In this document: piece by piece, positions 15,193 through 23,114 of the stretch | Layout of the letters: every line of letters begins with the position of its first letter | How positions within the stretch are numbered: the stretch's first letter is position 1 | DNA from: a virus | Taxonomy: Duplodnaviria > Caudoviricetes | Length of the DNA: 26,097 nt | Virus record (IMG/VR): IMGVR_UViG_3300047090_000285 | Coordinates: 1 to 26,097 of that record | Strand: one strand, 5' to 3' | Position numbers and translations under genes: made by a program | The notes under the pieces: model-generated | The model's database searches: none | What the model was told of the DNA's origin: nothing | The model's input: the letters and a program-made list of their open reading frames with translations, nothing else

Positions 15193-15573
15193 TCAGTCGA
15201 AATCGAGCGCGTCGCTGATACACCGCAGGAGGAACTGCACATCCTCATGCGACCACGAAGCCTCCGGCACAACGAGCGTCGCGGCCAGGCGAACTCGACG
15301 AGCGGGCCCGACCGTACCGGTCACCATCGGGTCCGCCAGCATGGGCCGCAGCCGCGGCCGCAGCACGGGAAGGACCGTGCTCTCGTTGAGATCGTGCGCC
15401 TCGCTCACGCACCGCAGGAGAAACTGGACGTCGTCGTAGGTCCACGCATGCTCGGGGAGTCCGAGGATGGCGTCCTGACGGAGACGGCGCCCCATCGAGA
15501 GGGATCCCGCGACGGCTGGATCCGTCAGGATGGGCCGCAGGTTCTGGACGATCACCGATCCACTGTCTGACAT
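15193..15573 (-). CDS. Hypothetical protein made of two ~55-aa repeats
   Basis: LRPILTDP..WTYDDVQFLLRCVSEA and LRPMLADP..WSHEDVQFLLRCISDA. Confidence 0.85.
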   Translation of the reverse strand: MSDSGSVIVQNLRPILTDPAVAGSLSMGRRLRQDAILGLPEHAWTYDDVQFLLRCVSEAHDLNESTVLPVLRPRLRPMLADPMVTGTVGPARRVRLAATLVVPEASWSHEDVQFLLRCISDALDFD

Positions 15574-15589
15574 GACGGCGTTCTCTCGC

Positions 15590-15814
15590 TCAGCAGTGCC
15601 GCGCGACGGTCAGCATGCTCACCATGTAGGCATAGTCAGACTCGGACCAATCTCCGAGCGCCTTGGCGGTGATCCCGTCGACGTGCGCCCGACACGTCGC
15701 GTTCAACGCGGTATAGATCGAAGAATCGTTGACGGCCGTGCGGACGGCCGCGTTCTGCTGGATGACGCCGCCGGCGCCCTGTTGCTGCTGAGAGAGCTGT
15801 CGAATCGTGTTCAT
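15590..15814 (-). CDS. 74-aa hypothetical protein, single copy of the same repeat domain
   Basis: Ungapped similarity to the repeats of the downstream gene; abuts the upstream stop. Confidence 0.75.
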   Translation of the reverse strand: MNTIRQLSQQQQGAGGVIQQNAAVRTAVNDSSIYTALNATCRAHVDGITAKALGDWSESDYAYMVSMLTVARHC

Positions 15815-16222
15815 TCATTTCCCCTTGCGGAAGCTTTCCGCATCCAGATTGCCTTGCGGACCCCGGGCGTAATCGCTCGGTAGGACGAGTCCCGAGCGGT
15901 GCGCCACGACGGTCCAGTCGTCGAGCTTTAATTCCGTCATCCGATACTGACGGTCCAGGTCCCTCATCACGGCCGTGAGTGCGGCGGCGCGCTGGTCGTC
16001 CTCGCGCTGACTCTGAGCGGCCCGACGATCGAATTCCCGCGAGTAAGCGTGCCGGTCCGAGATATCGATGCCCATCACGATCCCACACGCGAAGACCACC
16101 GCGACCAGGGCCACGACGACGGCGAGCGTCGGGCCGCCGAGGTTGATCGTCTGATTGGTGATGTGGCCGTGTTCGCTCGCCTTTTGCCCGTGGTCGTCGT
16201 TGTGATGCGGCTCCGGGTGCAT
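15815..16222 (-). CDS. Single-TM plus coiled-coil membrane protein (inner-spanin-like topology)
   Basis: ATG 16222 overlaps the upstream TAA (TAATG); TLAVVVALVAVVFACGIVMGI then helical region. Confidence 0.7.
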   Translation of the reverse strand: MHPEPHHNDDHGQKASEHGHITNQTINLGGPTLAVVVALVAVVFACGIVMGIDISDRHAYSREFDRRAAQSQREDDQRAAALTAVMRDLDRQYRMTELKLDDWTVVAHRSGLVLPSDYARGPQGNLDAESFRKGK

Positions 16223-16695
16223 TACGGGCGCGGCGGCGGGCGCAGGAGACGGTCGATTTCCTGCTGCATCCGCGTGATGTTCTTTTCCGTATCGATCTGC
16301 CACTGAAGCATCTCTCCCCGGAACTGGCTCAGGTCGTTCGATAGTTTCCATGCGCTTCCCACGATGCTCAAGATGATCCCGAAAATACCCACCGCGACGA
16401 CCAGGAGCGGCCGGTTGTCGGAGGACTTCGGGCCGCCGCCTTCGTGATTATGGTAGACATAACGTTCCGACTCGTACGAGGGATAGTTGGCCGGCGGCGG
16501 CCCGTGCGGCCGATTGAACAGGCGCGTCAGCCGGCCTTCCAGCGCCAGGATCATCGCTCCTAAGCCGGTGAATCGTTTCGAGAAGTTCGCCTCGAGAGCC
16601 ATGATGTGCGCGACCACGCCCGTGAACCGCGCGAGTATCCATAGGCCGTCCGAGGGCGGTTTCAACTCGGGAAGCGTTCCTTCTCCCGTTTCCAT
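16222..16695 (-). CDS. Membrane protein with C-terminal TM and coiled coil
   Basis: SD GGAGG before ATG 16695; LLVVAVGIFGIILSIVGSAW. Confidence 0.7.
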   Translation of the reverse strand: METGEGTLPELKPPSDGLWILARFTGVVAHIMALEANFSKRFTGLGAMILALEGRLTRLFNRPHGPPPANYPSYESERYVYHNHEGGGPKSSDNRPLLVVAVGIFGIILSIVGSAWKLSNDLSQFRGEMLQWQIDTEKNITRMQQEIDRLLRPPPRP

Positions 16696-16813
16696 GCGTG
16701 GACGACCTCCCCCGACTATTGGTATCGTCGGCCCGACCCCCGCCCCCTTCTCCCGAGAGGGGCAGGGGCCGAACCTTCCGGCCACATCCTTTGCTTTCGA
16801 GGAGCAAACGACA

Positions 16814-17041
16814 ATGACCTGCATCAAGATTACCGTGACTTTTTGTCTGGCGCTCATCCTCTCGGGCTGCGCCGCCCTCGGTCAGTTCGCCGAACGGCAC
16901 CCCGTCGTCACGGCCATTGCGGGCGGCCTCGTCGTGGGGAGTATCGCGGCCACCGCTGAGGCGAATGGGCACGGCGATCACCAGCAGAACGATCCCGCAG
17001 CGAATCAGGGCCACAAGCCCTGCACCCAGCGCACCTGCTAG
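16814..17041 (+). CDS. Small lipoprotein (75 aa), antisense to the late operon
   Basis: SD GAGGAG; signal peptide MTCIKITVTFCLALILSG-C with LSGC lipobox; stop overlaps the convergent stop at 17038-17041. Confidence 0.8.
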   Translation: MTCIKITVTFCLALILSGCAALGQFAERHPVVTAIAGGLVVGSIAATAEANGHGDHQQNDPAANQGHKPCTQRTC

Positions 17042-17493
17042 TCGAGTAGCGGCTGGAGCTCCGTGAGCTCCTGGTCGATGTGCGCGAGGGCCGTGCGGGC
17101 GTCCGCGTTCTGCGGATCCAGAACGAGCTTTCGGATGTGATCGTGCTGCCACTCGATAAGCTGCCGACGCCGCATAGGAGCGCCCGCGCGTAACTGCATA
17201 TGCATTTGCGTCGCCGCGTTCAATCGCCAGCGTTTCGACTCGGCGTGCCACTCATGATCGGCCGACGGTGCGAACGGCTGCCAGTCCACGATTCGGTGTA
17301 GGCCGGTTCCGGCGTCGGGCGATTCCTCCACCGCGACGCGCTGCGAGAGATGGTCCCATGCGCGGCCCTGAGACTCGTCGATCGGACAATGGTCCGCCGG
17401 CGTGTTGGGCTCGATCATACGGTCGTCGGAGACGATCAGCGTGTTGGGCGTCAGGAGGCCCGTGGCGCGGTGGTAGAACCGAATGATCCTCAC
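17038..17493 (-). CDS. Putative tail fibre assembly chaperone
   Basis: Directly after the tail-tip gene; IRFYHRATG..QPFAPSADHEWHAESKRW..RRRQLI pattern. Confidence 0.65.
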   Translation of the reverse strand: MRIIRFYHRATGLLTPNTLIVSDDRMIEPNTPADHCPIDESQGRAWDHLSQRVAVEESPDAGTGLHRIVDWQPFAPSADHEWHAESKRWRLNAATQMHMQLRAGAPMRRRQLIEWQHDHIRKLVLDPQNADARTALAHIDQELTELQPLLD

Positions 17494-20400
17494 TTTTTGT
17501 ACTCCCGGACCTTGATGCTCGAGTTCGTTGCGGTCATGGCAAACGTGCCACTCGTGCCGGAGCCCTGAACGTGGAGATGCAGCGTATAGACGTGGGAGCC
17601 CAGAGCGGGCGCGTCAATGACGTTGAGGCTGACGCCCTCCGAAAAGGCGGTATAGGACGCCGCGTGGTAGGCCCCGGCCCCGTCCCACTTCGCCGTGCCG
17701 ATGTCCGTCCCGTCTCGCTGCACGGTGATCCAGGCCGCCGCCCCGCCGTTGTTGCCGCTGTTCGTGATGGTGACCGTCGTGGAAATGTCGATGCCCACGG
17801 GGGCGCCCGTGGTGATGATGGTGAACGAAACCGCATCCTGATCCGCGCTCCCGCTGGGCCCGCAGCTCGCGGTCGAGGCGGCCGCGTTGGTGTTCGATCC
17901 GATCTGACTGATCGCGTTGTTGACGACGTTGGGCGTATCGACCTGGTCGAGATAGGCCAGCTCACCGTTGGGCGAGAGCAGGAGCGCGAGCGATGGCTCC
18001 GAGCCGTTGACCTCCTCAAAGCGCGGCCGCGCGAAGTAGACCTGAACGCCAGCGGTGGTCGTGTAGTACTGATACGCGCGTTGCTTCTGGAACGTGACGC
18101 CTGCGGCCATTTTGAATTCGGTCGCGCTGAGCACCTGCGCCCCGGTCACTGGATCGTAGACGCCACCGAGCCCAGCCGGGCTCGTCCCGTATCCCGAGCC
18201 GTGAATGAACCCGACGAGGAGATACCATCTGTTGACGGTCAGCGACCCGAGTAACCCGCTTACAAAATAGGGATTGAGGTCTAGGGTGCCGTTCAGGTCC
18301 TTGGTGGCCCCATTGTCGTCGCAGCCGAAGAAGAACCGTCCGCTCAGCGAGCCCGAGTAGGTGTAGTACATCCAGACACAACTGCGATAGGTCTTCGACG
18401 GGTCGATGCCCTGAATATCGCCCGTGTTGTTCCATCCGCCGTCCGCGTTATTGACGGCGTTACCGATCGTGTACCAGAGCGCCTCCGTGCTGCCGTAGGG
18501 TCCTTTCGGATTGCCGCCGGCGCCCGCGAGCACGATGCCCGACCCGGCGGCGCCCGCATTGATGGCTTGATAGTTGCCCTGGTTGACCTGGGCGGACCCG
18601 ATGACCCAGGGCATCGTGGACAGGTAATTCCCACCGACGATGTTGTTCGCGGTCGCAGGTCCCAGGGTGAGCGAGCCGACCACCGTCGAGGCGGCGTACA
18701 GACACACCTTCGGGTAGAGGATTAGACCTGGCGCCCGGATGGCATAGAACAGAACGCCGTCCAGGAACCAGCGCATGGTGATCCCGTCGTAACGCATCTC
18801 GAAGACGTTCGCCGGCGTGATGGTCCCCGAGGACATCTGCGCATTGTCCGAAGTCGCCGAGATCCAACGCCACATGTTCCCGGTGGCGATGTCGACCTCA
18901 ATCCCGAAATTGATGCTGTGGTAGTCGGCCGTCGAGGCAGGCGTCGTCGAAAAGCCCACCATCGAATGACCGGCACCCGCCCGGAACGAGACATAGGATC
19001 CATTCAGGTACGCCTGCTTACCGTAGGCTGCGGAATCCCAGGCCGCCGTGCCGTTGCTCTTGTAGACGGTCTCTCCATCCGCGCTGATACCGACCGTCGT
19101 GCCCTGCGGCACCCACCGCGCGCTGCCGTCGACCGTCAGCGCCGCCGGGATCGTGTACGAGTACGCAGTGACCCCGGAAAGGTCCTCCTCGGCCTTCTGC
19201 CAGGTGTTGAACGAGGTGAACTTAAAATAGACGGTCTGGCCGGCTTGTCCCGGTTCGAATGCCTTCTGGTAGATTTTGCTGTCGAGCCGCACGAAGGGCA
19301 CGCCCGAGGTGTGCGCCTGATTGACGGAGCCATACAGCCCGCGGTGCAAGTAGCTGAGATCGTACGTACCCGCCGAGACCAGCGACGCCGCGCCGTAGGC
19401 CAGGACCTCGGCAGTCGATCCCGACCCGACCAGGATCAGCGAGCGTGCGTTGTCCGCATCGGTGTGCGTGACTGAGGTTAGGATCTGAAGCGTGTTGTTG
19501 TTGAGCACGGCGCGGACCGTGTTCGTGACGTCCGGGTCCGCCGTCCCTGCGGCGGGACTGTTGCCGATCGTCCCATAGAGAGCGGGGCCCGGGATCATGC
19601 CGTCGAGCAGGTAGTTGGTGCCGTCGAGGCTGACCCATACGCTGCAACCCAGCCAGTTGGTCGACGAGGCTCCGGGCCCGACCGCGATGCCGAGCGTGAT
19701 CCCGCCGACCAGGGCGGCGGGGGCCGGCGGCATGACGAAAATCTGCGGCGCGAGCACCGAGCCCGGTGCGGTCGCATAGTTCGCCACGTAACCCGCCGCG
19801 GAGTTCCAGTTGTACTGGGGGGCGGAGCGCGCGATGCCCGCGATCTCCACGACCGTGAATGTGAGGTAATCCTCACCCTCGCGATCATCTTCCATCTCCT
19901 CGATGCGGCAGAGCTGCGAGACGAGCCCGAGCTTTGAATCCGAGACGTTGACGTAATCGAGCGGCTCGGCCTTGGAGAAGTCCTGGCGCGTCCGGAACAG
20001 GTACCGGTTGTTTTCGTACAGATCCGCGAGCAGATAGAGCATCCCGGCCAGGTGCGCTGCCTGCGGGTTGGTGTAGTGGTGCCAGGTCAGCGTCGACATC
20101 AGGCGGATGCCGGTGAGCGCGATCCCGCCCAGCCCATCGTTGACCGAGCAGTTCACCGGGTGAGGCACGTATTCGTTCGCGCGGTCCACGTACTCGACAT
20201 TCACCGCGTTGTGTGTCTCGTGCAGGAACTTCGGGATCAGCTTGACGGGTGCCTCGCCGGGATTCGGGCAATAGTGGTCGTCGTTGAAATCGAACACCGG
20301 CGTGAGGTCGGGCGTGTAGGACCAATTGCTGCCGTCCGCGGTCGTGGCCGACACCGCCTTCACCGCGAGGGGTTTCACATTCAGCGTCCCGACGCTGCAG

Positions 20401-21332
20401 AAGCACTGGGAGTTCGTGCTGTCCATGAGCTCTTTAAGCAGATCCGTCGCGGCGCGTTGGGTGTCCTCGTACGGACTGCCGAGCAGGCCGAGGCTCATTA
20501 GGTACGCCTGCCAGGTGTCCGTCGGGCCCTGCAGAGTCTGGATCCGCCCCTGAAAGCCCGCGCCTTTGAGCGGATCGGTCAGGTACTCGATCAGCACCGC
20601 CGAGAGATCGGCATCGAACATGCCGTGTGCATCGCTGAATCCGCCCGACACCGCTTCCACGGTGAGATTGGGCATGGAAGCCGACGAGCCGAGGTCATAT
20701 AGCGATGAGGCGACGTAGCTAAACCCGTCATAGACGATCTGCTCGCCGGCCGGCGTGCCGGCGGGATAGCCCGACCAGACCAGCTGACTGGAGGACATGA
20801 AGCTCGAGGGCGCTGATTGCGTCGGGCTGACCGTCCACGTGGTTCCCGACCCAGCCGTGATGGTCGTGCCGGGTATGACGTTCGCGCCGCTGAGCACGGC
20901 GCCAATTTGGATGAGGCCCACGACGCCCGAGACGGTGAGAGCCGTTCCCGTGATCGAACCGGTGAAGGCCGCGCCCCCGAGACTGAGCGCCATGTTCTCC
21001 TCGGCGAGATTCGCGCTCTCGCTGCCGAGATCAATCATGGCCTTGTCGTGCCAGATCCGGGCGATTCCGTCGATCGGCCCGCGTGTCAGGAGCCCGATGA
21101 AGGCAGTCGTGTAATTCCAGGTCTTCTGACCGCTGCCGCCACCGCCCTTGCCTCCGCTCGCATCGCTCTCCGTGCCCTTGAAGCTGCCATACCAGGCGAG
21201 CATGAGTGGCACGCGCCGCCGGCCGCGCAGATAGGGCACCGCCTGCCCGTACTGGCTCGTCGACACCTGGATCCCGGCGTAGATCTCCTGTTTGATCGAA
21301 TTGTTGCCGCCGCCGCCGAATAGACCGCTCAT
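17490..21332 (-). CDS. Tail tip / host-specificity protein (gpJ-like central fibre, 1280 aa)
   Basis: YAGIQVSTSQYGQAVP, GKGGGG, NAVNVEYVDRANEY, YLHRGLYGS..HTSG..FVRLD, VYFKFTSFN motifs; beta-rich C-terminal domains. Confidence 0.9.
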   Translation of the reverse strand: MSGLFGGGGNNSIKQEIYAGIQVSTSQYGQAVPYLRGRRRVPLMLAWYGSFKGTESDASGGKGGGGSGQKTWNYTTAFIGLLTRGPIDGIARIWHDKAMIDLGSESANLAEENMALSLGGAAFTGSITGTALTVSGVVGLIQIGAVLSGANVIPGTTITAGSGTTWTVSPTQSAPSSFMSSSQLVWSGYPAGTPAGEQIVYDGFSYVASSLYDLGSSASMPNLTVEAVSGGFSDAHGMFDADLSAVLIEYLTDPLKGAGFQGRIQTLQGPTDTWQAYLMSLGLLGSPYEDTQRAATDLLKELMDSTNSQCFCSVGTLNVKPLAVKAVSATTADGSNWSYTPDLTPVFDFNDDHYCPNPGEAPVKLIPKFLHETHNAVNVEYVDRANEYVPHPVNCSVNDGLGGIALTGIRLMSTLTWHHYTNPQAAHLAGMLYLLADLYENNRYLFRTRQDFSKAEPLDYVNVSDSKLGLVSQLCRIEEMEDDREGEDYLTFTVVEIAGIARSAPQYNWNSAAGYVANYATAPGSVLAPQIFVMPPAPAALVGGITLGIAVGPGASSTNWLGCSVWVSLDGTNYLLDGMIPGPALYGTIGNSPAAGTADPDVTNTVRAVLNNNTLQILTSVTHTDADNARSLILVGSGSTAEVLAYGAASLVSAGTYDLSYLHRGLYGSVNQAHTSGVPFVRLDSKIYQKAFEPGQAGQTVYFKFTSFNTWQKAEEDLSGVTAYSYTIPAALTVDGSARWVPQGTTVGISADGETVYKSNGTAAWDSAAYGKQAYLNGSYVSFRAGAGHSMVGFSTTPASTADYHSINFGIEVDIATGNMWRWISATSDNAQMSSGTITPANVFEMRYDGITMRWFLDGVLFYAIRAPGLILYPKVCLYAASTVVGSLTLGPATANNIVGGNYLSTMPWVIGSAQVNQGNYQAINAGAAGSGIVLAGAGGNPKGPYGSTEALWYTIGNAVNNADGGWNNTGDIQGIDPSKTYRSCVWMYYTYSGSLSGRFFFGCDDNGATKDLNGTLDLNPYFVSGLLGSLTVNRWYLLVGFIHGSGYGTSPAGLGGVYDPVTGAQVLSATEFKMAAGVTFQKQRAYQYYTTTAGVQVYFARPRFEEVNGSEPSLALLLSPNGELAYLDQVDTPNVVNNAISQIGSNTNAAASTASCGPSGSADQDAVSFTIITTGAPVGIDISTTVTITNSGNNGGAAAWITVQRDGTDIGTAKWDGAGAYHAASYTAFSEGVSLNVIDAPALGSHVYTLHLHVQGSGTSGTFAMTATNSSIKVREYKK

Positions 21333-21757
21333 ACGAACAGACTCCAGACACTGTGCCGCCGGTGGATCAACGGTCGCGGATCGTCCTTCACCACGGCGCG
21401 CGCGGGCTTGTACGCGTGCACGATCGTGCGGTCGTCGACGGTGAGGGCGCAGTGCGCTGCGTGGCGGCCGAAGTTGAACATCTGCAGGTCTCCCGGCAGG
21501 GGTTTCTCCACCTCGTGCGCGTAACGCCGGATGCCCTCGAGGAACAGCGGCTCATCCTTGTGCACGAACCACTGCGGCGAGTATTGCGGCGGCTCGAAGT
21601 ATTCGATCATCCCCACGGCGGCATAGACCGCGATCGCGAAATGCAGACAGTCAGTGCCGACACCTTTAAGACACGCGCAATCGTGGAACGGGGTACCGAT
21701 CCAGGAGAGCGCCTCGCGGACGACGTCCTCGCGCGTGGCGACGCGAAGACCGCTCAC
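21329..21757 (-). CDS. NlpC/P60 tail-associated peptidase (gpK-like, no JAB domain)
   Basis: EALSWIGTPFHD..KGVGTDC..PGDL..GRHAAHCAL..IVHAY. Confidence 0.92.
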   Translation of the reverse strand: MSGLRVATREDVVREALSWIGTPFHDCACLKGVGTDCLHFAIAVYAAVGMIEYFEPPQYSPQWFVHKDEPLFLEGIRRYAHEVEKPLPGDLQMFNFGRHAAHCALTVDDRTIVHAYKPARAVVKDDPRPLIHRRHSVWSLFV

Positions 21758-22089
21758 GGCGGCGCCTGGTAGAGATTCGGAGCACCTGGCGCGCCGTCGG
21801 GGTGAATTTCATATATGCCTCGCGTGAGGCTGAAGTGAACGCGACAAGGCGTGTGGCGTCGGAAGGATGGAGTGATCGTTGGATGCGAGAGATTGCCGTC
21901 CCATACCCAATAGACGCCGCTGCGATTTGGAGAGTCGCCCATGCGCTGTAGCGGAACGATATCCGGATATTGGCAGCCGCAGGGACAGCGACACCGGAAG
22001 TACCAGCCGCTGTCGCCGGCGCCCTCGAGGATCTCGAAGTAGCCGGGCTGATTGCTCGCGATCGGTGCGCTCGGGTCCGGCGTCTTCAT
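21754..22089 (-). CDS. DUF6527-like Cys/His protein (111 aa)
   Basis: CPCGC..WVWDGNLSHPTITPSF..CRVHFSLTRG; ATGA and overlap coupling on both sides. Confidence 0.75.
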   Translation of the reverse strand: MKTPDPSAPIASNQPGYFEILEGAGDSGWYFRCRCPCGCQYPDIVPLQRMGDSPNRSGVYWVWDGNLSHPTITPSFRRHTPCRVHFSLTRGIYEIHPDGAPGAPNLYQAPP

Positions 22090-23114
22090 GTTTTGTAGGG
22101 TCCGTAGGTATCGCGGCTCGTGGCGGGGCTGCCGATGATCTGGCCGGCGGTCGAGCCGCGGGCCTGACGGGGCGGCGTATCGGTGCCCCCGTCCAGGATG
22201 GTGGCCGGGTCCGGCGCGTACGGAACCCCGCCGAAGCGCGCGAGGTTCGCGAGCTTCGTGCAGCCGCCCAACTGCTGGCGGTCGCATCCGGGATAGACGG
22301 TGAAGGTGTCGCCGGGCACGGGGAGCGCTGAGAACGGATAGCCGATGGAGACCGCGCCGCTCGCGTGCGCGTGCGTGAGCACCGTCGCCGACTGCCCGTT
22401 GGCCGCGCCACTGGTCATCTTCATCCCGCCGAGCTCGAAGTAGTGATCCGCCTGGCTCAGATTGGTCGTGAAGTGCGACGCGTCGCCGACCGTGGCGATC
22501 GCGCCGGAGACCGTGAGCGCCGATCGCAGGAGACCGCAGCCTGGATCGTAGACCTGGTGATGGCAGCCGACCGAGACTAATGCGCGCGGCATCTGCTGAA
22601 TGCCGAGCAGGCTCATGTGGTCCTCGATCGTGACGTCGACGAAGAACCGATCCGCCTCGCCACCCTGAATGGTTCCCAGAAAATAGCCGCCCGCACCGGG
22701 TGACGTATCGAGCTGCCCGCCGGTGTAAATCGGGTGGTTAAAGAACGCCTTGGACATGCGCGCTGTCGCGCCGTCGAGGAAGTGAAAGCGCGCGGCCTGG
22801 CGAATATCGTAGCCGCCGAACAGGATCGGCGCGTTCGGCGAGTCGGCCTGCGGGATCATCGCGAGCTTGACGGAACCCGCCTCCGTGCCCGCCTTCTGCG
22901 TGAGCTTGTCCCGGACCAGTGTCATGCCGGTTTGATAAGAAAACGGCCCGTCCGTGAGGCCGCCCGGCAAGGAGATCAGCACGCTGGGGAGCGCGACCTC
23001 GCCCGAGGTGAAGTGCAGCACCTGGCCGGACAGCAGCGTGATGTCCCAGAGCTCGTATTTGATGTACTGGCCGGTGGCCTGGATGGCGAGGCTCGCAACG
23101 GAGAAGTTCTTCAC
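22086..23114 (-). CDS. DUF2163/BR0599-family tail hub protein (gpL-like, Cys cluster)
   Basis: GCHHQVYDPGC and GDTFTVYPGCDR..C..NLARFGGVPYAP; GTG 23114 overlaps the upstream stop. Confidence 0.88.
   Translation of the reverse strand: MKNFSVASLAIQATGQYIKYELWDITLLSGQVLHFTSGEVALPSVLISLPGGLTDGPFSYQTGMTLVRDKLTQKAGTEAGSVKLAMIPQADSPNAPILFGGYDIRQAARFHFLDGATARMSKAFFNHPIYTGGQLDTSPGAGGYFLGTIQGGEADRFFVDVTIEDHMSLLGIQQMPRALVSVGCHHQVYDPGCGLLRSALTVSGAIATVGDASHFTTNLSQADHYFELGGMKMTSGAANGQSATVLTHAHASGAVSIGYPFSALPVPGDTFTVYPGCDRQQLGGCTKLANLARFGGVPYAPDPATILDGGTDTPPRQARGSTAGQIIGSPATSRDTYGPYKT

Noticed and set aside
16730-16770. REP-like element or terminator
   Set aside because: Single imperfect GC hairpin, no second copy seen and no U-tract directly following
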